A DNA stretch of 64,000 bases, from NCBI GenBank assembly GCA_001600815.1, contig BCKZ01000019.1, positions 124,001 through 188,000 on the forward strand, written 5' to 3'. This DNA is from Alloascoidea hylecoeti. Lineage: Eukaryota. Position 1 is the first letter of the stretch; the number at the start of each line of letters is the position of its first letter. The notes under the pieces are model-generated. The model did no database searches and was not told the DNA's origin. It saw nothing but the letters and a program-made list of their open reading frames with translations. Made by a program: the position numbers and the translations under genes. Below are positions 37,392 to 49,714 of this stretch, piece after piece.

Positions 37392-38548
37392 TGATCATTA
37401 TAAAAAGGTAATTTAATTTAAATTTTGTTTAATGTATTTTTGTTTTCATGTTTTCATAGTTACATATAATGTTTGTTTTCGTTCCATTAGTTGGTTTTTA
37501 GGTATTCTTTCAATAGCTTTTATTAAATATGAATTTTTTACAAGGATAATGCAATCTATTTCGAGTGCAGTAATCAAGATTTTAAAGAATCAGCTGAAAT
37601 TGTAAATGCCAGAAAAGCGTCTTTTGATCATGTGAACTCTGAATCGCTGACCAATAATTTCAAGTTCGAGACTCCTTTTTCCTGTCGAACAACTTTATAT
37701 CTGATTTATAAACTTTTACCTTTGTCGTGCTTCTCCTACATAAATTTTGTAAATTCTGATGTAAACATTTTCATAGGTTTTCAGCTTCTGAAGTGAATCT
37801 AATTAATTGATATTAATGATCATGACCATTAGAAAATTACATAAGGACCTGCTCTATATGACATCTTATATGAATCTAGTGATATCTGAGTTTTGTAGGA
37901 AAATTGGATAAATAATATATTTTTAAACTTTTTATTCTCGCTTTATCCAAATTTTTTCTTCGGTTTTTCTGATGTATGCCCATTTCCCATAATCCATGAT
38001 CCCCTTTATAGCTATAATAAGAAGATGAGCGTTACATACATTTATGTTTTCCCTCCGTAGCAGCTAAATATTATTTTACTTATTTCTTTAATTCATCCAG
38101 AAAATTTGATTTGATGCAAATCTTAGGTTTCCCTTAATTAGTTCTCTAGATTTTTTCAGCCCCGGATTTCAGACCAAATTTTATTCACTCATATTGAAAT
38201 TCTCAGTCCGGATTAAACTTTGAACGGTTACAAGTACGATGACGTATTATTTATTTCACTGGAGTATTATCATTATCGAGTAATATCACAAGAATATATC
38301 AGTCTCATTAGCATAAAATGAAAATTGGTAAGCTAACAAGTAGGAAGATTGGTTCACTACACTTCATGTAAGTTTATGAGAACTTATACTTCAATTAATT
38401 TGTTATCTATCCCTATATTAATTTGCTTACGTCTATATTAATTGTTTTAATTTATAAATGAGGGGTAGGTTCAACACGAGATATAAAATATACTCTGTTC
38501 TTAAATTTAATTTGTTATTTATAATGATAACCATTTTTTTTTATAAAA

Positions 38549-40168
38549 TTAAGCCGGTCCAATCTTTTCCAGATATGACTGTAAAGTAGGCGTTGAATAT
38601 TTAACCCCTAATCCACTTGCAATTGACTTACCCAAATCATCTTCTAATAAACCGAAATAAAGGGCTACATTTTCTTTAATACTCTGAACTCTAATACTAG
38701 AAGCATGACCAACAACATTCTTAACGAATCTGTCTTTTTGTTCTTTATTATAAACATTTTGATATAAAGCCCTTGGCTGCTCTAAATCAAGTTCCGAAAT
38801 CCCTGATATGTAAAAAGAAGATTTAGTCAAGATCTTCTCATCATGTTCCTTCAATTCAAGTTGCTTTTTTTCTAAATCTTGGCTGACTACTCCTGTATAC
38901 GATTTATGATCTCTTTCTTTACCAGCAATACTATGAATTGGTCTTAATGTGCTAAGATAATTAGGTCTATTTCCTTGATTGTCATAAGCCATAGCTCCAT
39001 CCCTTTGAAAATTTCCACCTAGAAAAGGGCATCCAACACCTTTCACCAGAGTGGAGGATCTATTCACAGGTAATTGTTGATAATTGGGACCAATTCTATG
39101 CCTATGTGTATCTGAATAAGAATATAACCTTGATTGAAGAACTGGATCATTGGATGGATATATTCCATTCACAAGATGAGCAGGGCTAAAAGCAATTTGT
39201 TCAACTTCAGCAAAATAGTTTTCTGGATTTTTATTAAGCACCATTTTGCCAAATTTCCTTAAAGGATAATCTTTATGGGACCAAATTTTTGTTAAATCAA
39301 GAATTGAATATCTAAAATCTTCAGCTTGTTTTGGTGTCATTGTTTGTATATAAAAAGTCCAACTTGGAAATTCCCCTTCTTCGATTGCTTCAAAAAGATC
39401 TTTAGAGTTATAGTCAGGGGCTGAACCTGCTAGTTCGACTGACTTTTCTTGGGTAAAGTTTTTTTCTTCTTGGTCTGCTATAGCATGAATCTGAACATAA
39501 GTAAGATCGCCTTTATCATTTACCATCTTAAAAGTATGTCCTGAATAACCATTCATCTTTCTCCAACTTGCAGGAACACCTCTATCTCCAAACAAATAGG
39601 CTACTTGATGGATACTTTCAGGATTTTGAACAAAGTAATCCCAAGTCATTGTAGAATCTGATATCTGATTCAAGTGTGTTTGTGGATCTCGTTTTTGAGT
39701 ATGAATAAAATGGGGAAATTTATTAGGATCTCTTATAAAAAATACTGGAGTATTATTAAATACCCAATCCATAATACCCTCATCAGTCCTTAATTTAATT
39801 GCAAAACCTCTTGGATCCCTAATTGTATCTGCAGATCCAGATTCACCGCCGACGGTAGAAAATCTTACAGAAACAGGAAATGAAGTCCCCTTTTTTTGAA
39901 ATGGATGTGCAAAAGTTATATCCTTCAAAGTATCAGTAACTTCAAAAAATCCATGAGCACCACCACCTTTTGCATGAACAACTCTCTCTGGTACTCGTTC
40001 TCTATCAAAATGTGAAAGAGAGTCAATAAGGTTAAAATCTTGAAGAAGTAATGGTCCAGTTGGACCTGCTCTTTCTGCACCGTATGGATGTTTTGAAAAG
40101 GATACACCATTGGATGTTGAATAGACTGCATCCTCATCAGGATTGTTTAATAAAGAGTTTGAAACCAT
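38549..40168 (-). CDS. CTT1: Heme catalase, cytosolic catalase T type
   Basis: FDRERVPERVVHAKG, RFSTVGGESGSADT.RDPRGF, RLYSYSDTH heme-ligand motif; GCPF..GNFQRDG segment typical of catalase T; no PTS1 at the C-terminus. Confidence 0.93.
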   Translation of the reverse strand: MVSNSLLNNPDEDAVYSTSNGVSFSKHPYGAERAGPTGPLLLQDFNLIDSLSHFDRERVPERVVHAKGGGAHGFFEVTDTLKDITFAHPFQKKGTSFPVSVRFSTVGGESGSADTIRDPRGFAIKLRTDEGIMDWVFNNTPVFFIRDPNKFPHFIHTQKRDPQTHLNQISDSTMTWDYFVQNPESIHQVAYLFGDRGVPASWRKMNGYSGHTFKMVNDKGDLTYVQIHAIADQEEKNFTQEKSVELAGSAPDYNSKDLFEAIEEGEFPSWTFYIQTMTPKQAEDFRYSILDLTKIWSHKDYPLRKFGKMVLNKNPENYFAEVEQIAFSPAHLVNGIYPSNDPVLQSRLYSYSDTHRHRIGPNYQQLPVNRSSTLVKGVGCPFLGGNFQRDGAMAYDNQGNRPNYLSTLRPIHSIAGKERDHKSYTGVVSQDLEKKQLELKEHDEKILTKSSFYISGISELDLEQPRALYQNVYNKEQKDRFVKNVVGHASSIRVQSIKENVALYFGLLEDDLGKSIASGLGVKYSTPTLQSYLEKIGPA

Positions 40169-42081
40169 ACTTTTACTTTTTAAATAATATATTGAGGTAG
40201 TAAATAATAAATATGATATATTAATGAAATAAAATACGTAAAAGGATTTTTAGATATATATATATGTTTCCAATTCCCAGCAATCGAATATATAATATGT
40301 AATACGTAACTAGACAGAAATAACGTTTGATGGGCCATGTGCATATTTATGTTTTGCAATTGTCTCTTTAAATTTGTAATTGCTGGTTCTAGAAAAATAT
40401 AAGATCTTATCCAACAAAGCAATATATTAATTAATTCATAGAGAAATTGTGAATAAATGAAATCAATTGCAATCATAATATATTCATTTTCTACTCAATT
40501 CCTAATAGGCCTATACCATACCTGTGTAGCAATAAAAATTGGGCTTGATCACCTTTACAATGCTCTGGTGTTCGATTTAATGAAGCCCGTGACATTGTCA
40601 AATCACAAGAGATATATTTCTAAGGATGACCAGTATTGCCATTGTCATAAACTTTGTTTTCTTTGTCCCACAAAAATTCATTAATTATAAAGAAACGTCA
40701 GAGCAACCGAATCATTCTCTGTGACGTATTATGTAGTACCAATTAAGTTATGAAATTATACCAATTATTCAGTGTGCGTAGTATACCATTTATTTGTCCA
40801 AGCTCAAACCCAAGTATATTAAGGCCGATTGTTAATAATTGCAGTGTTTCAATTCAGTGTTCACTGCGGTCCTTAAGTTATTCATGATATTTTTTAATGT
40901 TTCCTCCATTCACCAAATGTGGTTGATGTGTGGGTATAGCTTTATGTAATATGTAGTTACATCTCCACTGCTCTCGATATCTCTCCATTCTAAACATGCA
41001 ACGTTAGATTGACATTGCTCTAATATGATTCTCATAAACGGTTGATGGAAATAACCCGAGTATTAATCGATTAGTAGTGAAGATATTGTACGAAAAAGAA
41101 GTCACCTTTTCTCCCTGAGGTGGATTCTAGATTTGAAGGAAGAAGAGGTTTAGCTTCATTACTTTGTGAACATATGGACAAGGTCACATAAATTACAAAC
41201 CAATACATAACTTATCAAGGAAAATAATCTTCTCTAGGTAGTATAATTCTATTAATCTAGATCTTATCCAGCTCCAATGGCTTAAACTTAAAAACGTCTA
41301 AAAGTAGTGCTTTCTGTGATCGAATTATTTAACCTCATATGGCCTAATATTTAGTGCACCACAAAACTGTCTGACATTAAGTGTAATGGCTGCATATTAT
41401 TCATTCCCCATTGATTTTGATATTCTTTTTTTCAACAAATCAATAATAATCAGCCATGTGTTACTATCATCAACCTAGGAATAACCTACAAAGGAAAAAC
41501 CGTTTCTATACGTATACTATATTAAAAGCTATCCAACTATTCAAATTTTTCAATTCAAATTCACTTTTGAATTAATTTTTCCTAAAACTTCCTTTCTCAA
41601 TCTTATTGTTTCAACCATTAACTATCGATCCGGAAGCCTGGAAAATCTCTGTTCCGGTCCCTTTCCTATGCTCATTAACATTGTTCTGCCATATTATTGT
41701 ACATAACACTGTCATACATTATTGCACAAAAATAAATATAAGAAATCTTAATCTGCTTACGGTTGTAAAAAAGTATGGGGAAAACTTTAAAATTATATCA
41801 TGACACATGAGCATCACATTAGCTTCGCATAAGCTTCACATAAGCTTTACAAGCAAGGCTATCAAAAAATATAATTAAACTGATATACAATAATAAAATT
41901 AAAATATAGAAATACATATATCTAACATATTATATATAATCCTATAAATAACATACATCATATGCACTATATATTCAAATCTTGGCATTATACACTTCAT
42001 ATTTTTTTTAAAAAACCAAGATTTCATTAAAGTTAAATAAACGTTTATAGCAATATTTTTTTGAAAATTGGTTGATTCGCT

Positions 42082-43968
42082 TTAGATTTGCTCTAGGATC
42101 AATCTAAATTTCGGATATTTTACAGCATTTTTAGTAATCGTTTCATGAATAACAGAAGTACTAGTGTGTGTAGAAGTGCTAGTGTATGTAGAAGTGATAT
42201 GAGATGTGTACGTTTCAATTGTAGTGAGTGTAACAAATATGGTCGAGCCGGAAGTTCTACTAAATGAGCTTGGCATAGAAGGCGATGGCCGTGACGAAGT
42301 GATTGTAGTTGATAATTTGGAGGTTGAAGTTGACACTGGATTTGAAGTCAAAGGTGCTGAAGTGGTAGGAGCAACTGGACTTGATGGGTCATAAGTGTTA
42401 GTTGATGTCTCATAGGGATAGGATGAAGTTGATGTCTCATAAGTATTAGTTGATGTCTCATAGGGATAGGATGAAGTTGATGTCTCATAAGGATAAGAAG
42501 TTGAAGGGTCGTAAGATGAAGTTGATGTCTCATAAGGATACGATGAACTTGATGGGTCATAAGTATAAGACGAACTTGAAGGTTCATAGGGATAAGATGA
42601 AAGAGCTCTGTCCGATGAAGACACAAGGAATGAACTTGTTAATGATGTTGGGTCAGGTGGCAAGGTAACAAAGGAAGTAGAACTGGAAGGCTTAGGTGGC
42701 AAGCCGATTGAAGAAGTTGAGTTTGGACTAGTTGAGCTTGAAGTGATTAATCTTGAGGAGGTTGGTCTAGGAGGTAACCATGTAATCACAATAGAAGAGG
42801 GTGGAACGCGACTTGAGGATGTCACAGAGCTGGTACTAGTGGTGGTACGAACAATGCTGTTGGTGGTATAGCAGCTTGAAGAACTACTAGCTATAGTTGT
42901 CACAAAGATAGTACTAGTGGTACGAACATCGCTATTAGTAGTAAAAGAGCTTGAAGATCGAGTTCTAGGTTTAGAAGCAATAGTGGTAGGAGATGATGAC
43001 AAGTCCGAAGAATTTTTCAAAATACTGATAAGTTGCTCAATATAATTTGTTCCATCTTTCATATTAGAAAATCCTTGACTTGCATCCCAAACCATAAATC
43101 CACCGAAATAAGGATCTGAAAGAACAGAATTAGATACCAATGTAGAATTGACTATATCTAAATCAACATAACCAGAACCTGCAGCGGTTGTAGAACCAGG
43201 TAAACCAACATAAATTTTAGTATTTAAATTTTTTGCAATATCCTTTGCATAGTTACTCCAAATATCCCAATTAAAATCAGATTTATCTAAATCACAATAA
43301 TTATTATAAAATTGAATAAAAACAAAATCAATATCAGATAATAATAAAGTATTATTAAGGCTTGCATCAGGATAAACACATTGTGGAGCTGCTGAAATAT
43401 AATAATCAGATTTGGAATTATTTTGATTATTAAAAAGTTCTCTCAATCTTGAAATCATAGCTGGATAACCTGTCTGTTGTTGATTTTCTAAATCTAAATC
43501 AAAACCATCAATAATCGCATCATCAAAAGGTCTTGTTTCACTTTCACCTTCACCGAACATTTTCCATAAAGTGTCTGCAAAATCTTCAGCTTCCGAATCA
43601 GATGTAAAACCATAATCACCAATTGCACCACCAAGAGATAAAAGAACTTTTTTACCTTTTTCTTGACAATCCTTAATATTACTACCTATTGTTGTACAGT
43701 GAAGAAGCCCATTTGAAAATGTATCATCACATTTATTAGCAAAATTAAGTCCCGGAACATCATTATTACCTGGAAAAATATTCATAAATGCCAAAAGGAA
43801 AATATCAATATCACTATCGCAATAATCCGAGAGATCGTTTTGAGAACCAGCTGAATTTTGTCCCCAATACACTCCCATATTGTTGTTGGATGTAGCGTTG
43901 AATGCTGATAGGGAGGCATGGATAAATAGGACCAATAAAACATTGAAAAGGAGATTTGAAAACAACAT
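42082..43968 (-). CDS. Secreted GH18 class III chitinase (Cts1/Cht-like) with a long Ser/Thr-rich tail
   Basis: Signal peptide, VYWGQN, KVLLSLGGA, catalytic DGFDLDLE, SAAPQC..PD, FIQFYNNYC. ATG at 43968 (43971 is TTG). Confidence 0.95.
   Translation of the reverse strand: MLFSNLLFNVLLVLFIHASLSAFNATSNNNMGVYWGQNSAGSQNDLSDYCDSDIDIFLLAFMNIFPGNNDVPGLNFANKCDDTFSNGLLHCTTIGSNIKDCQEKGKKVLLSLGGAIGDYGFTSDSEAEDFADTLWKMFGEGESETRPFDDAIIDGFDLDLENQQQTGYPAMISRLRELFNNQNNSKSDYYISAAPQCVYPDASLNNTLLLSDIDFVFIQFYNNYCDLDKSDFNWDIWSNYAKDIAKNLNTKIYVGLPGSTTAAGSGYVDLDIVNSTLVSNSVLSDPYFGGFMVWDASQGFSNMKDGTNYIEQLISILKNSSDLSSSPTTIASKPRTRSSSSFTTNSDVRTTSTIFVTTIASSSSSCYTTNSIVRTTTSTSSVTSSSRVPPSSIVITWLPPRPTSSRLITSSSTSPNSTSSIGLPPKPSSSTSFVTLPPDPTSLTSSFLVSSSDRALSSYPYEPSSSSYTYDPSSSSYPYETSTSSYDPSTSYPYETSTSSYPYETSTNTYETSTSSYPYETSTNTYDPSSPVAPTTSAPLTSNPVSTSTSKLSTTITSSRPSPSMPSSFSRTSGSTIFVTLTTIETYTSHITSTYTSTSTHTSTSVIHETITKNAVKYPKFRLILEQI
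42380..42601 (-). repeat. Coding minisatellite (21-27 bp units) encoding S(S)YPYETST / TYDPSS repeats
   Basis: gttgatgtctcata recurs at 42401, 42428, 42449, 42476 and 42521. Confidence 0.9.
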
Positions 43969-46900
43969 CAAAAAATAAAATTATCTAATATAGGGATTGA
44001 AAATATATGTATACTTCTTTGAATCCGACTGAATAAATTAATGTATTTTGAGGACAGAAATATTAATTATCTTGGATTCAATTTAATGAGAACGTATTTA
44101 AAATATAGCAAATGGATAATTTAATTCATGGGGACTCGTCTTATTTATACACACAACCTGAAGGCTCAGATCCATTGATGAATGTTGATAGCTGAAGGGA
44201 AGGTTTATGCAGTTGCCGTTTAGGGAATTTGATAGTTATGTTTTGGACTGAATTCTGATATCAGCCAAAATATCCATTGTCATCGTAAGTTTCGTAACTG
44301 TTAATCAAATATAACGAGCCAGTAAGTATCTTCTCGTATAACCAATTTAGCTGTACGTATCCTAATAAGGTAATATTTTAACTATTTAGGAAAATTGCAA
44401 CATTATAGCTAGGAATATTTGAATATTTGGATTTTTTTGAGAATCATTCTGGTGATAATAGTATTCTGCTGATCATTTACCTTTATCATCGGTCACAGCT
44501 GCAATGGCGGTTGAAAATTAACATTGAACTACTTCGTGAAATGAATACCCTTGTATCAAGTGAGATGAAGGCTATGTGCTAGCTAGTTACTATTATTTCT
44601 ATCCGGGTAAATTGTCATATCAGCTTTTTAGTAACTAATTATACAATTTATAATCAGAAGTATTAAGATAAATGGAGAATTACTAGTATTACCTACAGAA
44701 TCGTGTGATCCCTGTTTGAGAATTTAGGTTACGTAATCTGCCATATGATAAAATAACTAGGATGTTACATAAGTACGTAGTGTTGACTGAGTAATAAAAA
44801 TCGATATATATGTATGCATGATTTTATATATTGCCTTATACTTAGTTATATTCGATATGGTATGGAAACCGTTCCATTCCTAAGTCAAAATTCCAAGGAA
44901 TAACTTAACTTTGAGTTCAAATACAACTGTAGGAGAAAGCCTGCCTGTGCAAACAGAGCACAGAGATTGCAGTGGTAGTCATCCATATTAATAAACCATA
45001 ACGTTGTCAGACTGAGTAATTATAACTACAATAGCAGGTAATCACATATAGTAATGATCTTACATGCACGTTCACGTGATAAGGATGGTGATGAATGTAT
45101 AATTACGTGAAATTACATTTATTGTATAAAGCGCCTGGTCGTCGGTTGTAGCTAGTATAAGTATTATAACTTCATTTAAAAGATATACAATGTTCCTAAT
45201 TTTCCAGATGTATCTGAATCCAAACGAAACAAATATAAATAAGATTAAATATATCTTGTGTAGTTTTGTTACTTCTACTTTAGGGCAGCTGCAGTTTTAA
45301 ATGAAGAAAACCGTTAGACACGAAACTATAGCTAACACTTTAAATATGAGTTATTTATATAATACACGACAGTCTACGTATATGGCTACGCATGATTGAA
45401 AGACTTATATTTATATATAATTTTGAACTCCTTTAGGTATTCTTTCAGTCGAAAACAATCAATTTCTCTGATTTTCTCATAATAAACCATTGCAGTTGTC
45501 AAAATTAACTTCACTTTACGGAGACTTTAATTTATCATAGAGTATAAGAATAATTTTAAACATTTCGTAACTATAGCTATATTTTAATACTGCTAACTTT
45601 AGAATCAATTTTTAACTATATATTTATATTTAAAATAGAAATAAGTTTTCTAGTAATAGTTTAAATTCTGACAGGTGAACTAAAACTTTATTTTCTAGCC
45701 TGAATCGGCGTGAACGTGTATCTAACTATATTTGACTAATCATTATAATCACTACGTCTATAGTGTTATACAGTTAATTAAAATATTAAATTTTCTCAGC
45801 CTCTCTGTGATTGTTTTTAAGTTTCGAGATTGTAGATATATTTATAGAATATAATATTATAGATATTAGGACACCTATGAATTGTGGTTAAACATCTTAT
45901 CAGTATAATATATATTGACATCCGACGGTTATCGATGAAACATCAATTTCTCCGCTAATTCTCCTCAATTACATAATTATTAAATCTGTAAATATAAGTT
46001 ATAGAAGAATTTTAACTTTCAGATATTAACATATCTTTATCGTAACATTGACCTTGACGCAAATATGTTGAAATATTAACTAGCTAAAGATGTAAGATAT
46101 ACATTAACATACAAATGCTAATAAACAATGCTTATACATTATAAAAAAGATTTCTAACAGAATTAAGCACACATATTGTTATGTTTAGTACGCATGATAG
46201 AGAAAGTTATTGTATATTACTTGTTTTAGTTGTTATAAGGAATCCGCCTTCTCGGGATCATAATCTATCCGGATCCTGATCTATCTAAAATTATAGGAGC
46301 TACTATCTTATAGTTTCTTTGTTAATAATCTAACCACTGCTGCGGTACTTCTTAGTTTTATTTTGAACTATGGTTAAACACAATTATATACGGTTATTAA
46401 AAAGAAGATAACTGAAGTGATAAAACTATTCAATCAACAAAACTTTTACTCGATAACATGTGCCATTGCAATTAACTTCTTGACGTATGATTGATATTTT
46501 AAGTTTCATATGAAGCCTACATTTAAGACACCAGCTGATGAGGTTCAATTGATACCGGAAAATTATATTTCTAATATGGTAACCACATCTTTCCTTTAAC
46601 ATAAATATAATGACATATAAAATTTTTTTGATCGCTATTAGGCGCATAAGTAACGGGCCGCTGAATTGAAGAATATATAACTTATATATTTATTACGTAC
46701 ACTTTTTTTAACGCTACAATTGATCTCATTCATGATAGCAGTAACTATATCTACTATCTAGACATTTGTATAATTATGCAAAAATATTTACTTTTAGATT
46801 ATAGAGTCTTATACTTATATATCTCATTATTAATATTCATATGTAGTTTTATTAAATTTGAAATATGACGCAGCATGTGAAAAGTTTAGATTTATACCAA

Positions 46901-48110
46901 ATTAACTTCAAATTCATTACTTTTGAAATTATGGTTATAAAGAATATTCTCTGAAAACTCATTTTGTTTTCTTTGACTTGATCTATATTTGAAAGGCGTA
47001 ATAGAAATTATAGCTCTTCTATAGCTGTCGCTGATAAGGTTATTAACTTTCCAATATGAGGAACTGAGGTGGAATGCTAATCTTATCAATTATACTCATC
47101 TGCATATATGTTGGTTATGATGTTCGGTTGCGTAATATTTATATGAATCAAATGTAAATATAACAGGACAATGTTGTGAGTATTGTATAGTTACATGGAA
47201 TGTCTTGTTATATAGAACTCAAAAAGCATTCTGCTTAAGCTTTTGAGAAATGCAATGTACGAGTTGTGATCTCATTTTTAGACGCCTATGATATCATAGT
47301 ATTTGTTATATCTACGTTAATGTTAAACATGAATAAATAATATTGATGTTTTTGGTCGATATCTGTTTTTTTAGTGTTACTATCATAATCAGCATTATTG
47401 TAAAATTTGGATTTGTGTATTGCATAATTTGTATTCATTAAGCGCATACGCATATGCATTATCAATTGCAAAATCTATCAAATTGAAAGAATATGATTTT
47501 TTTATCAGTGTAAATTTTAGCCATATTTTCCCCCAGTAATTTGCTAAAAGCGTCTATTATAAACAATTACGTATCTTTGTACAAATGTCGCACAATATTA
47601 ACTATATTAAGCCGATACGATTTAAATTTTGAACCGAGGGATGCTCTTCATAAGAACCATATGCGTGTGCCTAAAACAATTGTCAAGATTAATATATGCT
47701 GAACATGCATATTTATCAAGAGTGAGTAGATTCCATAGGTTACCATTTTGCCGAATAGTTTCAACTAGAAGCTTGCGCTATACAGTCAGCCCACTACAGT
47801 TTAAACAGTACTACGGGAATGAGTAACTACAATATCAACTACCTAATAATATGAAGTATGTTATAAATTTAGTTAGTTGAAGTTTTATTTAATTCTACAG
47901 CGCATATATATTTTAATATCTTAAGACATACTTTATAAATATAAATCAAATATAAATAATTTTTTGATTACATGTACTTATTAAAGAAATGCTTATATAC
48001 AGGTAAAATATTAACTAAAACAAAGCATTTATATAAAATTATATCTAGCAATTGCAATTGTAAGATTTAAGGTAACAAGAGTCTATGTTACAAGTATTAT
48101 TAAATGATTA

Positions 48111-49547
48111 TCAATAATCCCAAGGATTTCGAGGAGCTTCATTTTGAGCTGCTTGAGAAGCAAAATTACTTAAACTATTTAAACCGGGAGGTAAATTTAA
48201 GTCATTATTTGAATTGACTAAATTATTTTCTTTGTTTCTTTCTTGTCTGATAACATCAACCACACCTCCCATTTGATTATTTCTACCATTATTCCGTTGG
48301 TTCTGTCCTCCTTGGTTTTGATTTTGAAATTGTGATGCATAATCTGCCCTTTCACCTGAATATGCCGCTCCCTCAAATGTTTGGGGATCATTAGGCCGTG
48401 CTCTACACCAGAATCGAGTTGATTTATCAGCACCACCAGATACTAATATGTGACCACATGGATGATATTGTATACATTGAACTGCTTTATCGTGGGCATA
48501 AGGTATACGATTTGCAGGTACAATGAAACCATTTTCAGTTGCACCCCCATTTGATGTTGAAAAAGATGGGGCTAATACAAAATGATTGATAGAACCATCA
48601 TAAGCACCAACAGTTAATAAATTTGAATGTATAGGATGCCATGCCATACAGTTAAGGTCGGATTCAATTCCTCTCATAATAACGACATCTTTCATGGTTC
48701 TTAAATCAAATATTCTACCAGATCTGTCCCTAGATACTGATGCTAATAATCGTTTTGAACCAGTGGTTGAGAATTTGGTATCCATAACTGTATTTTTAAA
48801 GCCATGCAGTGTCGATATACAATTACCATTTGATGTTGTTGCAATTCTTGGATCCCATAATTTCACTAAATTATCTTTTGAACCAGAAACAACCAATCCT
48901 AAATCAGAATGCCAATCACAACTTTTAACATCCCAATGATGACCATTTAAAGTTGTTTCCGGTATACCATTATTAAAATCCCATACTTTTAAACTTGAAT
49001 CATCAGAACATGATACAAATTTTGAATCATTTGGTGAAAAACTAATATCACGTATTGCATTTGAGTGAGCTTCATTTAAAATTTTAACGCAATTGAAATT
49101 TATTTGCCAAATTTTAATACTACCATCATGAGAACCACTTAATAACCATTCTTGATTATGAGAATAACGAAGAGTATTAATTGAAGAATCATGGGCTTGC
49201 ATGATTGTTTCAAAATTAAATGTCATACTATTCCATAAAGTAAATTCTCCACTATGAGCACCTACAAGTACTCTTCGACCTTCCGGGGTCCAAGCTAAAG
49301 CATGTACAGTATGCTTTGCTTTATTAGCACTCAAATGAACAAATTTACAAATTATATCGTTTGCAGGATTTTGACGATATGCTTTTGGGGGTAAAAGGTC
49401 GATTAAATAACTTGCTTCTGGACGAATTGTTCCTGGAGATAGATACCGAGGAGTTAATCGTCCCAATTGTTTTAATAAATAATATCTTCCATATGAGTTT
49501 CCATAGTCGATTGTCCGTCGATGAATTATCTTTTTTTGTTGTTGTTG

Positions 49548-49582
<35 letters not shown>

Positions 49583-49583
49583 T
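48111..49583 (-). CDS. PFS2: Polyadenylation factor subunit 2 (WD40; WDR33/Pfs2)
   Basis: [22 protein letters not shown]...[55 protein letters not shown]. Confidence 0.96.
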
Positions 49584-49714
49584 TTCGACTGTTATCGCGA
49601 TTATAAATTAAGATTTACTGTTGTGAAAAAAATCAGTGGTGATGTAAGGATGATTGCAATTGTTTGTGTGACACTTTACAAAACCTCTTTTTTCCATTAT
49701 CGTCCTTATCTGAG

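Noticed and set aside
37660..38480. Isolated B-box-like GTTCRANNC motifs (~37664, ~38469)
   Set aside because: No A-box or cloverleaf around them; not tRNA genes.
42380..42601. Regular short repeats resembling a CRISPR array
   Set aside because: Eukaryotic coding minisatellite without unique spacers.
46525..46570. CTGATGA-GGT...ACC-GGAAA hammerhead-like string
   Set aside because: There is an extra G before GAAA and no complementary stem I/III partners nearby.
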